Assembly (NCBI RefSeq): GCF_009914755.1
Contig: NC_060929.1
DNA: 64,000 nt
Origin: the human T2T-CHM13v2.0 reference genome, Homo sapiens
Direction: 5' to 3' (one strand)
The notes below the pieces were generated by a model that made no database searches, was not told the DNA's origin, and saw nothing but the letters and a program-made list of their open reading frames with translations. This document shows, piece by piece, positions 40,501-55,568 of the stretch. How positions within the stretch are numbered: position 1 is the stretch's first letter; every line of letters starts with the position of its first letter. The position numbers and the translations under genes were made by a program.

Positions 40501-42658
40501 CAAAGAGTTCTGAAGCCATTCTTCACTTGAGAAGCATCACTGAGAATGCGTCATATGCCAGAACACCTCTCTCTTGGATCATTGCAAGAGAGTTAGGAAG
40601 GAATGAGAATGAGTCTGGCAGGAAGGATGCATTTTTAGAGATGAGGGCAAAACAGAAAATTACTCTGGTTCGAGTGTGTCATTTCTCTTTCTCATAATTT
40701 TTTGTTTCACTTTCAGTGCTGGGGACCAACAGGTCTCTTGATGTAGGGTTGTGGCCCCATACACCTTCTATTTCTGCTCAGGGAGTGGGCCTTAAATGTG
40801 TCTTTCCTGGGCCTTCATACAGTCCTCACTCTTTCCTTTGGTTTTTATTAACAAAAGGTGATTGTTTTCTTAGCTCTTTGGGGGTGACTCCTTCTCATCA
40901 GGTGTCACCATTTCTGATTTTTTTCCCTCTCCTTTCCTTAGCATCCAACCAGGCAGTGCTTTGGTGTTTGTCAGATATAATGCTCTTCAGGTAATATCTT
41001 TCTTTAATTACTTTTCCCTTCTTTTTTTTTTTTAATTTCCCTGAAACAGACACACACACTGTTGCCTTGAACAATTGCTTCCTACCTCCCTCTCTCTGGG
41101 AACTGGATTAATTTTTTTGTCATTGCTTAATGGAAATGTCGACATTTCAATTTCTGCTGCATGTTCTACACAAAATTTAACTGGACAAGATAGGGAGAGA
41201 AGCTGGAGAAGGGAAAGTTCGTCATATGACATAAAAGCTTTTTTTTTTTTTTTCTTCCATAATGGCTTAGAGTGTGCCTTCCTTAAAAAGGGGGAAGCAG
41301 CTACTATGGCAACAGGTTCTATTTTCCTTAGGGGCTGTGGTGGCGCTGATAGAACTGGAGTCTGGAGAACATGAAACAATAGCCAGGAGCCCCAGGAGCC
41401 TGCAGCATGTTTTTTTTGTAGTAATTACTAGCCTTTTCCATGATTCAAAACTATGTGGTAAGTGGAACTGGGTAGGTTGGTGGTGGTTTTGTTTCTGAGT
41501 GATATAGACAGCAGGACCGTGAGTAAGGGACCCTCTCTACATCTCACAGAGAACCCGTACAGTGCGCGCCTGGCTGGGGAGACTGCTCTGCTCCAGCCCA
41601 GATATCCCTCCCTCTTCTCTTCACTTCCTGCCTTCCAGGCCTGGGGCTCCCTCCTGATAAACTTCAGTCTGTTCCACTAGCAAGTACCAGAGTGTGAGTC
41701 TCCCCTGGCAGGTCTTCCTAGAAATGCCACCTCCATTTCTTTCAGAGGTTTCCCTTCATTAAAGACCTCAGTGTCGGCCCCAAACATGCAGAAAAGGGGT
41801 GCTTGTTTGACTCTCCTAGAACAAGTTCTTATCAGAGGCAATCTTTTTCCTCCCCTAACTCAGAATGCTGATCCTCATAAAGCTTGAGCAACAGTGCTTG
41901 GTTCTGCTAATCACTGCTGGACCCATGCCGGTCACACAATTAAAAGTTGGCGTTTGGGACTTTGTGGCCTGGTTACACCCCTGTGCCTGTTGCGTCGCCC
42001 ATCCGGGCTCTAGGGAGACAGAGACTCTTTCATTGCACAGCTCATGAAATACCAGAGGAGAAAGCTTGCTTTCTTACCAAAGCATTCTTCACTAATAACG
42101 TTCTCTGCATATACTCCAATCCTGCCTCTTTGAAACTTCTGTTTAAATTAGTTCTCCTCCTCCTTCTCCTTATCATTGTGCTTTGTACAGCCCTTGATAA
42201 TTTTCAGTACTTTTTTCACCTCCCTTGCTTGCTTTGTCCTTACAGCATCCCAGTGCCTCTATGAAATAGACCAGGGAAGAGGCAGCACAATCCATTTTTG
42301 GTCTCTGTGGTAGCCACAAACGTTTATATAATGCCTCCCAAGTGCCATGGTGGAGTCTGGTGGAGTCTGCCCAGCTTCACAGGGGGGATCTGACATCTCC
42401 CAACTATTTTTCTTCCCCATGAAAATTTGTGAAAGATATATGGATTATAAACACAAGGATACCTTAATAGGTGTAGAGCTTTATTAAATTTTTAAAATGT
42501 AGAACTAAGGTGCCATCCTTGCCTGGTATGTCGTCTTCTTTACCTGTTCTTTTGATTTGCTTTGCTGCAGACTAATTGTGCCTGGGACCTTAAAAGTCAC
42601 TGGATCAGTAGACATGGGAAAAAGTTCAATATCATTACTCTTCAAAGAAATGAAACTT

Positions 42659-43324
42659 TTAAAAGTCAGGAAACAACAGATGCTGGAGAGGATATGGAGA
42701 AATAGGAACGATTTTACACTGTTGGTGGGAGTGTAAATTAGTTCAACCATTGTGGAAGACAGTGTGGCAATTCTTCAAGGATCCAGAGCTAGAAATACCA
42801 TCTGACCCAGCAATCCCATTACTGGGTATATACCCAAAGGATTATAAATCATTCTACTGTAAAGACACATGCACACGTATGTTTATTGCAGCACTGTTCA
42901 CAATAGCAAAGACTTGGAACCAACCCAAATGCCCATGAATGTTAGACTGGATAAAAAAAAAATGTGGCACATATACACCATGGAATACTATGAAGCCATA
43001 AAAAAGAATAAGTTCATGTCCTTTGCAGGGACATGGATGAAGCTGGAAACCATTCTCAGCAAACTAAGAGAAGGAACAGAAAACCAAACACTGCATGTTC
43101 TCACTCGTAAGTGGGAGTTGAACAGTGAGAACATATGGGCACAGGGAGGGGCACAGCATACACCGGGACCTAACAGGGGGTAGGGGGAAGAGGAGGATAA
43201 CCTTGGGAGAAATACCTAATGTAGATGACGGGTTGATGGGTGCAGCAAACGACCATGGCACATGTATACCTATGTAACCAGCACATTCTGCACATGTATC
43301 CCAGAACTTAAAGTATAATAAAAA
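42659..43324 (+). mobile_element. 5'-truncated primate L1 (L1PA6-8-like) 3' end
   Basis: ORF2 C-terminus WKTVWQFFKD...DPAIPLLGIYPKDYKS...CTRMFIAALFTIAKTWNQPKCP. 3' UTR ending cccagaacttaaagtataataaaaa. Confidence 0.92.
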
Positions 43325-43608
43325 TATATATATATACACACAATGGAATATTATTCAACCTTAGAAAAGGAGATCCTGCTATTTGTTACAACATGGATAG
43401 ACCTAGAGAAAAAAAAAAAGAGAGAAATGAAACTTAAGATAAAAGCTTTCAAAATAGCAATACCTTATTTTGGTGCTAGTGAAAGCACCAAAAGGAAAAA
43501 TAAAGGTCCTAGGGAAATGGGCATATTAAAATTTTCTAGGTGGGAATGTAAATTGACATAGATCTCATGGGTGACAGTTTGGTAATATCTATTAAAAATA
43601 TTTATGCT

Positions 43609-43939
<331 letters not shown>

Positions 43940-44455
43940 CTATTTCTATGAATTTATTCTAGGGAAAGAAAGATATATGCACATATTTGTGTACATAGAG
44001 ATTCACTGCAATATTAGTGGAAACAATAAAATATTGGAAACAATCTGACTGTCCAATAACGGGAGATTTCTAAATTATCGAATACCCATACAGTGAAACA
44101 CTGTGCCACCATAACAATGTTGAGTGAGACAATGAATGGTACTTGAAAAGTTCATAGTAATGCAGTAAAAAACAAGTTATAAAACTAGGTGTCTGCAATA
44201 TGATTCCAACTTGATTTGAAATATGAGTGTGCGTGTGTCTGAAAAAAACATGGAATGTGACATGTATACCTTAAAACATTGAATAACATTTAGTTATTTC
44301 TGGATGGTAGAATCACTGGTGATTTTTATTTTCTTTGTGCTTTGTATCAGTTATTCCACAGTAAATACTTTCATTTATCAGAAAATAAAAGAGAAAACAT
44401 GTATCTTTTTTTCCCCCTAATGATAGCACTGAAAGAAAGAGTAAAGGGTAAGCTA

Positions 44456-44812
<357 letters not shown>

Positions 44813-45789
44813 AATAGGTCTAACCTAAAGACCAAACTGACATTAGCTAATGTCATTACATGATTCTGTCTTAACGAAGATAGAAGCATTTTATTGCATA
44901 AGTTTTCTTCTGTGTGTGGGAATCATATGTGGGTGTATATATGTTTAAGGGGTATGCATCCGGGTAGACGTTTGTGTGTGGACATGTGTGTACAGGTATA
45001 TAAGTACATGTGTCATAGCCTTGGTACAGGTCTCATAGCCTTGCAGCACTGTGTTCCTGGCGGGAGTGGCATCTGTCTGCATGTCTGAAAATGCCACGTG
45101 TGCATTCTGCTGATCACCAAGGTTCGTGGCTGTAGGCATCCTCTCTTCAGTGCGTCAGAAGTCTGAAGAACATGTAGCTGCACCGGGGCGTTATGAGAAA
45201 GTAACGTGTAGGATTTATTAACTCATTTCTTGAAGCCACTCACTGTTTGTTTTTAAGTACCAATTTTTATTTTCCATTGCCAAATAGAGAAGAGACTTTT
45301 TTTGGTGAGTACAAGTATGAGTGATTTTTTTTTTTGGTCATTTTTATAATGAACTATTTGAATCCTGACTTTTCGCAGAGTAGCAGGACTCCCTGAACTG
45401 TGTTTCTTCCTCTCCCCACAAGTTTACCAAGCCCAAAGGGTCTTTTTAAAGGGTGACTTTTTCTTTTGTTGTTTGTCTTGTTTCCCACCCTTACTTAATG
45501 ATTACTTAGCTCTTTATATAATCCAGCTAAATGCTGGTACATAGCAACAGGATTGTGGTGTGGCTTTCTCCTTGATGTAAATTTCTGGAAGATGGCCTTC
45601 TGTATGGAAGACTGAGCAGTGGGATCTATTAGTGACATGTTTTTGGGAGGAGCTGCTTCCTAAATGGGTTGAGGCTGCAGAGATGGGCAGGAGGAGCAGC
45701 CAGAAGCCACAGGGTGTTCGCATCATTGTGCGGGTAACCACATGGTGGCAACGATTGCACAGCTTCCAGTTGTACTTAGCAGCTGTTGA

Positions 45790-46195
<406 letters not shown>

Positions 46196-48786
46196 TGATG
46201 CTTGTGGTTGAAGATACAACTTATTATTGCCTAGGTGTATGAGGGTGTGATTTGTTGTCTGCCTCTAGGCTGTAGACTTCTGGACTGCACTGTTTGATTA
46301 ATGGGCTCAGCTCACAGGTCTCTTCCCTAGAGAGGCCTTCCTGGCCTACCTAAGTTGGTCCTCTTAGGTTTTGTCATATACCTCTGTTTGATTTCTTCAT
46401 GGCACTTCTGTAATCTGACATTTTTACTGATGTATCTGTGTGTTATTTGCCGTCGGAATGAAAGCAGGGATCTTGTCAGTCTCGTTCACTTCTTTATCCC
46501 AGTGCCCAGAAGGGTGCATGGCATCTCATAGGTGTTCAGTCGGTATTGGGTGTGAGAATACTTGGTGTGTTTAGGAACAGACAGAAGGCCAGGGTAGTTA
46601 GAGCTCTGTGAATAAGAGCATGGTGGTATGACATGAGGTTGGAGGGGTCAGTAGGCAGGGGCTGGATCGTATAGGCCACGATGAGGTGTTTAGATTTGCT
46701 CAAGGATCTGGTATTCATTAAGTGGTTTCATCTCTGTAGATTTATATACTCTCCAGATTGGTCTGCTAAAGTCAGTTACTGATGGCTTTTCTGCTGGGAA
46801 TTGTGCATCATTCTGTCCTTGAAGTGCCACTGTAGCCTACACTGTATTTCTCCCCCTATCTCAGCTGCCATCAGCTTGGCCTTCTTCACCCACCTTTTCT
46901 GTTGAGCCAGGGAAAGCAAGATGACAGCAACTAAGATGTCAGGCTGTGATGCCTGCACAATAGAAAGCATTTTAGAACTTTGTCATTAAACACTTTGACT
47001 TCCCCTTTGAAAAATATCTGTTTAGGTTTGGGCTTTGTGAGTGACTCTTGCTGAGAGTGTGAATGTTGGGTGGATCAGGGACCCAGATCTCGACTTCACT
47101 CTGAATCGTTCGGTGTCTTTGTTACCAGACACGATCTGCTCTTCTCTGCCTAATGATAGTTGGTTTGCTCACCTTGGATCTCTGGTTTCTGTTGTCAACC
47201 CTGTATTTTAAAATTTGCTTTCATGGTAGCAGAATTCAATGAGTTTCCAGCTTTGTGCCACCTTTGAGGAGGATAAATCAGGTTTTGCTTTGCATGTGTT
47301 GAAGTAAGAACTTTATTGGCTTCATTCCCTGACAAATCTATTTTTGTGATTAAGGCAATAAATATAACAGAAGGGTTTGTGTGTTCACTCTAATCCTCAC
47401 ATGTACCACTATATATAAACACTGTTATTTTGTATGGATGAATAAATAAGAGGAACTGTTGTATCCCTTAGGCTTGAACTTACATTGAAATTTTAGGAGA
47501 TAATGATTTAGTGCAGCAAGGAGCTAGGAGGTGTTGCCACAGAGTTTCAGGAGGAGAGGGATATAAAGGTGTAATCAATTCAGATTGTTTCTAACTTTTA
47601 TGGATTGTGAAGATTTGTATTCCTTTTTCAGTGGATTCCATTCATTAGCGTTAGACATGTAAACATATGGAATGTGGATGTACTATACCAGTAATTTTCA
47701 TGGATGTTAGAGCTCTAGGATGTTTTTCACCTTTTACCGTATGAATTGACCTCCAGAACTTTCCCATGGGGTCTCAGCTCTTGTACATGAAGAGCATAAA
47801 CTTTTCTGGACACCATACATTACTGTTTTTTTTCTGTCTTCTAATCAAATATCCAAACATAATCTAAAAGTACCGTGACAGGACATATAGGTTTGTCAAT
47901 TCCAGTCACTTTGGTAGACTGGCCCTTGAAATAAAGCTAACGTTTTCAACTTCAGCCTCCCAGTTTTTTTTCAGACTTATGGCAGGGAATGTAATTTTCT
48001 GTTTGCTTTTTGGGGTGAAAGTACATTCCATTTCAAAAATATGCCAGTCACATGAGTTATTTCCCTCATTTAAAAAATCCCCACAAAAGGAGATAGGTTA
48101 CCTAGGGTGGGTATTTCATGAGTGTGTGCTTCTTTATCAGTCTGTCCATCTCTCTGTAACATTTCCCATGAACCCTTCTGTGGATTTGGAATCTTAGTCC
48201 TTCCAGAAAGGATTATGGTCATGTCCATAGAAGCTGCAATGAGATTTATATCTCTTGGGAAGTGACAAGCTCTCAGCGCAAGCTCTCAGCGCTGGGTCCC
48301 AGAGCCACTGTTCCTGTTGGAGCTAAGCCACATGGCTAAGGGCCAGTCCCTTAACCTTTGATTTAGCTCCTTTTGTCCCTGTCCTTTCATCTGTAAAATG
48401 GTGCTAGTAATGTGGATCTGGTTTCAGAAGACTGCTGTTTATTTTAACTAATTAAAGATTGTTACAATGGTGAAATTCAATGGACTCTACAAATATTAAT
48501 ATTGGTGCTGATCATGGGTGGCTATTAGCTGGGTAGCAGGTAACTCACACCTAACTCACACCTAGAAGCTCTTACCTGCTCTACGCCCCAGTTCAGGTTT
48601 GGCTAAGATTCTGTTCTTCCACCAGGCTTCCCAGTAGAGGTCTCCAGCACAATGACCAAGAGGAAAATGGGGAACAACTGCAGAAACCTATGAGGTTAAC
48701 ACAGATATATAGGCGCAAAGGCACAGGGCCTGACACATTTTAATTAAATATGAACAGTACTGTAATCTGGTTTGTACATGTCTTGA

Positions 48787-49136
<350 letters not shown>

Positions 49137-49229
49137 ATATCTCTCTCTCTTTGAATGTTAAGCAACCTATGGAATTTCAGCATTTAGGTCTTAGTTGAGA
49201 CCTTTCCGAGTCTACAGAGAGGATGACTA

Positions 49230-49770
49230 ATACTGTTACCCCTCTGATCAGAATTTTCTAATTGCTTTTCATCTCACTCAGTCAAGAACAAAGCTTTTAC
49301 AGTGGCCTGCAAAGTTTTCCAGGATTTGCCACCCTCAAGTCCATTATGTCTCTGACTTTTCCTGATACTTGCCCTCTTGCTCTCTGGGCTCCAGGTACAC
49401 TGGCATTACCAGCATGCCACCCAGGTACTTACCCCGAGGTGTTTGTACCTGCTGTTTCCTCTGCCTGTAGCTCCCTTCCCAGATGTCCTCATGGCTTGGC
49501 AAGACATGCCTTCTCCATGAGATGTCCTTGACCACCAGTCTAAAGCTACAAACATTTCCTCTATACTCCCCATCCCTTTCATGCTGGCTGTTTCATCATA
49601 GCACCATATATTTTCTTTGCTTATTGCCTGTCCTACTCCAAAAGAATGTAAGCTTCTCTAAGGCAGGAAACTGGAGGAGTCTGTCTTGTTCACCAGTATA
49701 TCTCCAGCACTTAAAGCAGTCCCTGGCACACAAGGGGTGCTAAAAAATAGTTGGTAATTGAAAAATAGAT
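49230..49770 (+). mobile_element. L2 LINE 3' fragment
   Basis: tttgtacctgctgtttcctctgcctg, gaatgtaagcttc and gtcttgttcaccagtatatctccagcac motifs. Confidence 0.65.
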
Positions 49771-51849
49771 GTTGCAGTTTTGGCCTTTGTGCTGGGTCAC
49801 CTTGCACTTTCTTCGTTGGGTAGAAAGTCCCAAAGCAATGTCTCCATGGCTTGCTTGACTTTGGGACAATGTTAGCTTAAAGGTAGTAGGTTGTGTGGTT
49901 GAAGGAAATGTCAGTAACAACAGGAACCGGCATTTGCAGCACTTGGTAACACCAGACTGGCATACACATGTGCAACTTTTAAACCTCCTCTATTTACCCT
50001 CTGGCATCTTTTTCTAGATGTGAGAACTAATCAATAAATCAATGATAATGAATGTGGAAGCATTTTATAAACTATAAAATGCTTTGCAAATGTTAATTAC
50101 ATTGGACTTTAGAATGAATTGTTATGTAATTTAAAATAGTTAAGTAATTTTCCAGGAAGAAAGGCTTTCTGAGTCAGCTTCTCTGCACGTCTTTTTATAT
50201 GTGAATGCTGCTCTTCCCCATCTGCACCCTGTGGACTGGGACCAAGAATACAGCTACTAGCTGAAGCCTAAACTGTCCAGGATGAGATAGGTGAAAGCTA
50301 ATCAGTTAACCCCTGGATCTAAGGAATGTGTTTTCCCTGTGCATGAGACTTCTCAAATCCCAGGTAGCTGAGACAATGTAGGGCAAATAAAATGCAGGTT
50401 GGCCTATTTAATCTCTAAATGACTAATTTTGGAAAACTAGGCAGCTTACAGCAAAAGTATCATTCTTCTTGGGTTCTAGTAATTCCCATGACCCAGATTA
50501 GTTTATTTACCAGTAGAGAAGCTTAGAGATTTTATACTGTTGGTGGACATAGATGACCCTAATATTCTTGTTTGCTTTCAAATTATCCTTGTAAAAATAA
50601 TCAGGTTCTTCTTTGACCCATGATCTCCTTAAGGTTAGGCCATGTAGAAAAGAAGAGAAGCAAATGAGATAAAATAACAGGATATGTATTGTATCTCTCC
50701 CTCTGTCTGTCAGTCTCTCTCTCTCTCTGCCTCATACTAGAGCATTTAAGAGCAGTAGATTTGAAATCAGACTGCAGACTTTTTGGTCTCAAATTCTAGA
50801 TATGTGACCTTAGACAGATTTCTGAATTTGTCTGAGCTCCAGCCTCTCCATTTGGGATATTAATGGAATTTCCCTCCTAGGGTTATTTTAAAGATCACAT
50901 GAGATAATTGAGGGAGTGGTTATCCCTGGCTCACAGTAAGTTCTCAGCTCATGTTAGTTGCTGTTACTATTGATGGAAATCCTAGTAATAATAAAAGACA
51001 GGCAGGAAATAAAGGAATTTCAGAAATGGATAAAGAAAAGGAGAGATAGGAGACACTGTCTTAGAGAGCTATTAAATGTACTGAAAGGATCCTGGTATAG
51101 TAGTGTGAGCTCATGCTATATTATACAATGCATATTAGGTAATGCATGTAATAATTATTAGACCTCGTAAATATTTTTTTGGCTGTTATACCTTCCAGAT
51201 TGTCCAGGGAGAGACGCCTAGTGCATTATATGCTGTCTGTGTCAGGATGAGCTGCTGTGGCCAACCACGTCCCCCAACTGCCCCCAGCTTGGCAAAGGCT
51301 CTAAGACAGCAGTAGGTGACGTGTTTAACCCAGGTACCTAGTGCAGCTGAGCCTTGACACACTTAGAAGAAGGTGGCCTCCCACAGCATCCATGTGTTCC
51401 TTTGTTTTCCATTCAACACATGATACGCAAACTGCTAGGCACTGGCGTGTGGCAGTGAGGGAGGCTGATGACATACCTGTCCTCTTGGAGCTCTGCTAAG
51501 TAGGGGAGACAGAAAATGTCAATTCCATGAATGGTGGTATATTTATAATTCAGTAAGTACCAGAAAAGAGAATTGAAGAATTAGAATTATAGTAAGGGAC
51601 CTGACCTAGAGTGAGGTGTCCAGAAAGACCACTTTGAGGAAGAGTGGCAAGGAGGACAGAGCCAAGTCAAGAGGGAGAGGGGCTACAGAGTGGCCCAGGA
51701 ATGGGGATCAGCATTAGGAAGGAAGGAACTGAGGCCCAAAGAAAATTTTAGCTCAGAGGTGGGAGAGTACAGGGACTGGGTAGAGGAGGGCCTTGAGAGG
51801 TCAGCTGGATCCTGTAGGTCCTTTGCCAAGGGTTTTCTTTAAGAAAATA

Positions 51850-52435
51850 TATTTTTGTTGTTACTGTAAAATACATATAATGTAAACTTTACTACCTTGA
51901 CTGTTTTTAAGTGTACAGTTCAGTGGTGGTGTATAGTCACCAACACCATCCATCTCCATAACTAATCTTGTAAAACCGAAGCTCTGTATCCATTAAACAA
52001 AAGCTCCCGATTCCCCTTTCATCTGGCCCCTGGCAACCATCATTCTACTTTTCAACTCTGTGAATTTGACTACTTTAAGTACCTCATATCAGTAGAATCA
52101 TACAACATTTGTCTGTCTGTGACTGGCTTATGTCACCTAACACAATATCCCCAAGATTCATCCATGTCATAGTATATGCTAGAATTCCCTTCCTGTTTAA
52201 GGCTGAATAATACTATATTGTTTGTACGTAACACATTTTGCTTATCTGTTCATCCATCAGTAGACATTTGGGTTGCTTCTGCATTTTAACTATTGTGAAT
52301 AATACTACAATAAAAATGGGTGTACAAATACTTCTTTGAGATCCCATTTTCAATTATTTTACACATATACCCAGAAGTGAAATTGCTGGATCAATGGTAA
52401 TTCTGAGTCTAATTTTTTGAGGAGCTACCATACTG
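51850..52435 (-). mobile_element. L1MB-like 3' end inserted in an antisense L2
   Basis: tttttaagtgtacagttcagtgg, cccctggcaaccatcattctacttt and tttaaggctgaataata motifs. Confidence 0.8.
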
Positions 52436-53329
52436 GATGCTAAAGAGTTTCAACTTGAAATTTAGAACAGTCAGAAGCCTTTGGTAGATTTTAAATAGGG
52501 AATGGAGTTGAATTAGAGAAGATGAGTGGAAATAGAGCTAGTTACACCCTCAGATTTTAGAATACCTCTGCGTTAGATTGCAAGCTATATGCAAAGAGGT
52601 ATCTTGTCTTTTTTTAAGACAAATCCTTTTTCCTTTTCTCTAAACAATTTTCAGTACCAAGTGGGCCTCTGTTAGTGGAGGTTAAAGTGGACCTAAGTAA
52701 TACTGAGCAGTACTTAACATCTCAGCAGCCTTCTTTACCCATCTGAAATGTAGCTATGTGTTTCCCCAGAAGCAGAGAACACTTTGCTAGTTATTCACAG
52801 AGCTTTGACATCCTTGAATGAAAGCAGTACAGCCTGGATGAATGCATATATGGCCATAATTATCTCCTTTTTGGACTACAGAACCCATTTTGGCTATTTT
52901 TCCCTCCTTTTTAAAATTTCTCCTCCTCTCTCAATCTTACAGGGCTCACTCTTTCATTATTAGGAACCGGCTCTGACTGTGCCAGCCAGCTATAAATGGA
53001 ATGCCATCATATTTAAGGGTAGTTCATCATTTTCATAGTTTTGTCAAGTGTGCAGCCATTTTCCGCTGCAAGAAAGAGGAAGAAACAGTGTTTAGTCCAG
53101 TATCACTCCCACAGGCATAAATGCTCTTTCTCTCTTTTGTTTTTACTTCTTCCAATTTAGTGATTTGTGAAGTGAATGAGGGAGAGGCCCTCTTTTTCCT
53201 ATTATAACCACTGATTTTTCCCCTACGGTGACTTCATTTTGGGTTGAATTTTCTGAGGAAGAAGAATGCCTTTTTAGCGTAGGTTGGACTTGCCCTGGTG
53301 GTGTGGGAGCAGGAGAGAGCTGGGGTTGG

Positions 53330-53530
53330 GAGTATGGACTCTGCAGACTTCATTCCCCTCCTGACTTTGCCCGTCGTTAGCTGTGTAACCTCGAGCCAAT
53401 TACTTACCTTCTCAGTGCTTCTCTTTCCTCATTTGTAAAGTGGTAGTGACAGTGGTACCTGCCTGCCTCAAAGGGTTCTCCTGTTAGGAGACACTGTGTA
53501 GAAGTACCCACCATAAGCATTCAATTAATT
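53330..53530 (+). mobile_element. MIR SINE
   Basis: ttagctgtgtaacctcgagccaattactt...tttcctcatttgtaaagtgg. Confidence 0.6.
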
Positions 53531-54446
53531 ATTTCAAGCTTCCTGTCTGGCTTCTCACTAGATAACCATTCCCAGGAAGATGTTAAATGTGTTTGGTGAG
53601 CCAGGCCTCAGTCAGTACACAGAACGATGTATCTGACACCCTCATTCTGGTGCCACCATTGGGGCAGTCCTGCAAGCTGTGTTCATGGCCCTGACGGGTG
53701 TTCTCGACAGAGGCCTCCTCAGCGCTGTTTGGAGCAGTCCTGCCTCACCGAGTCCAGGTAGTATTCAGGCAACACAGAGTCTGACTTGGTAGAAAACATG
53801 CAGTGAGTGGCAGTGAGGATTCCCCCCGCCATCCTCTGTTATATACTAAGGATAGATTTAAGGCTGGTGAAAAGAACCAAATTAACAGCCCTGGAAACTA
53901 AACTTGTCTGGTTAGCCACAAAAAAGTGTTGTTCCAGCAGCTTCATTTCCAGCTAATCCTCTTCAGCCCTAGAGCTTGGAGCTTCTCTGAGAGGGTAGTA
54001 GAGAGAAGGGTGATATTGACTGCAGCTTAGGTACCCACCCACTTACCTATAATACTTTCAGAATTGGTCATCTCAGGCCTACCCCAGCACCTGCCTGTGT
54101 TCTGCAGAAGATGCATTCCAACGTCATGATCCAGCCCCTAGTCCTAAGGTATTTGTGAACAGGGGAGCAGCTGGTGTAGAAATGTCCCATGGGATTGACT
54201 GTGACGTATCTCTTAGAGGAAAAAGCTTGGTATGGCCTCCAATGGTCAGTGGAGTGCTCAGAACTGTTCTTTGTAGGGTGGTGGGCTTTGTATGGTGGGG
54301 GAGAACTTGCTGGGCAGGCTAGGGGCATGATGTTGTTGGTGTCATGAAGGCAGAGTGAGTTTGGTGGCTTTGCTTTGGCTCCATGTGAGGCTCTCAGCCT
54401 GTTGTGCCAGAAGTACTTATAGGGAAGTGATAGAAAATAAGTACTA

Positions 54447-54798
<352 letters not shown>

Positions 54799-55320
54799 TC
54801 AAAGTATTTCATATTTTTTTTTTACACCAAAGAATGAAAAGAGGAGAAATACAAATAGGTAGGGTACAGAAGTCTTTGAAACATAAGTGGAGAAGATGCA
54901 ACCTCTTGCCCCAAGCAGAAGCAGGCCACTAGGGGTTCCTGGGCAGGATACCAAGCGAAACTACCAACTAACAGTGTGGCTTTAAATTGGCAGTTGCTGC
55001 TACTGCTACCACTTTCATCAGCACTACCTCGACAGCCACCATGACAAGAGCAGATGTCATTTATTAAGCCATTATTTCATGCTAAGGGATTTACTTGCAG
55101 AATCATACTTAATCAGCCTTTCAAGTTTACAAGCTACAAGCTACATATTATTGCTCCCATTTTATATGTGAGGAAACAGGTTTAGAGAGGCCAGGTGACT
55201 TGCCTGCTGCCATCCAGCTGTTAATGTCTGTCTTATTCCAACTACTGTGCTATGATCTCCCTTAGCTTTATTGTCCAAATTTGCAAATTGGAGAGAATAT
55301 TTGCACTTTATACCTCTATA

Positions 55321-55568
55321 GCAGTATTTCTCAAATAGTAGTTCACGGCATATAAGTGGCTCATGAAAACAATTTATTGGATAAAAATAGAATCAAACAG
55401 GATAAGATGGGAATAGAAAATATCAGAGTGTGTCATACTTACTATTCCTGAAAACTTTTGTTTCTGATATAGTGTGGGGGTGTGTGCCTGTCTGTTTATG
55501 TATGTGTGTATTGCTTGGTAAAATATACTTCCTACCTTGGGTCATTGTCAGAAAGTTTGAGCGCTACT
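55321..55568. mobile_element. MER112-like hAT-Charlie element
   Basis: cagtatttctcaaa start, aatagaaaatatcagagtg core and ttgggtcattgtcagaaagtttga end. Confidence 0.55.

Noticed and set aside
48266-48291. 13-bp direct repeat caagctctcagcg x2 (also taactcacacc x2 at 48541)
   Set aside because: Ordinary micro-duplications with no evidence of function.
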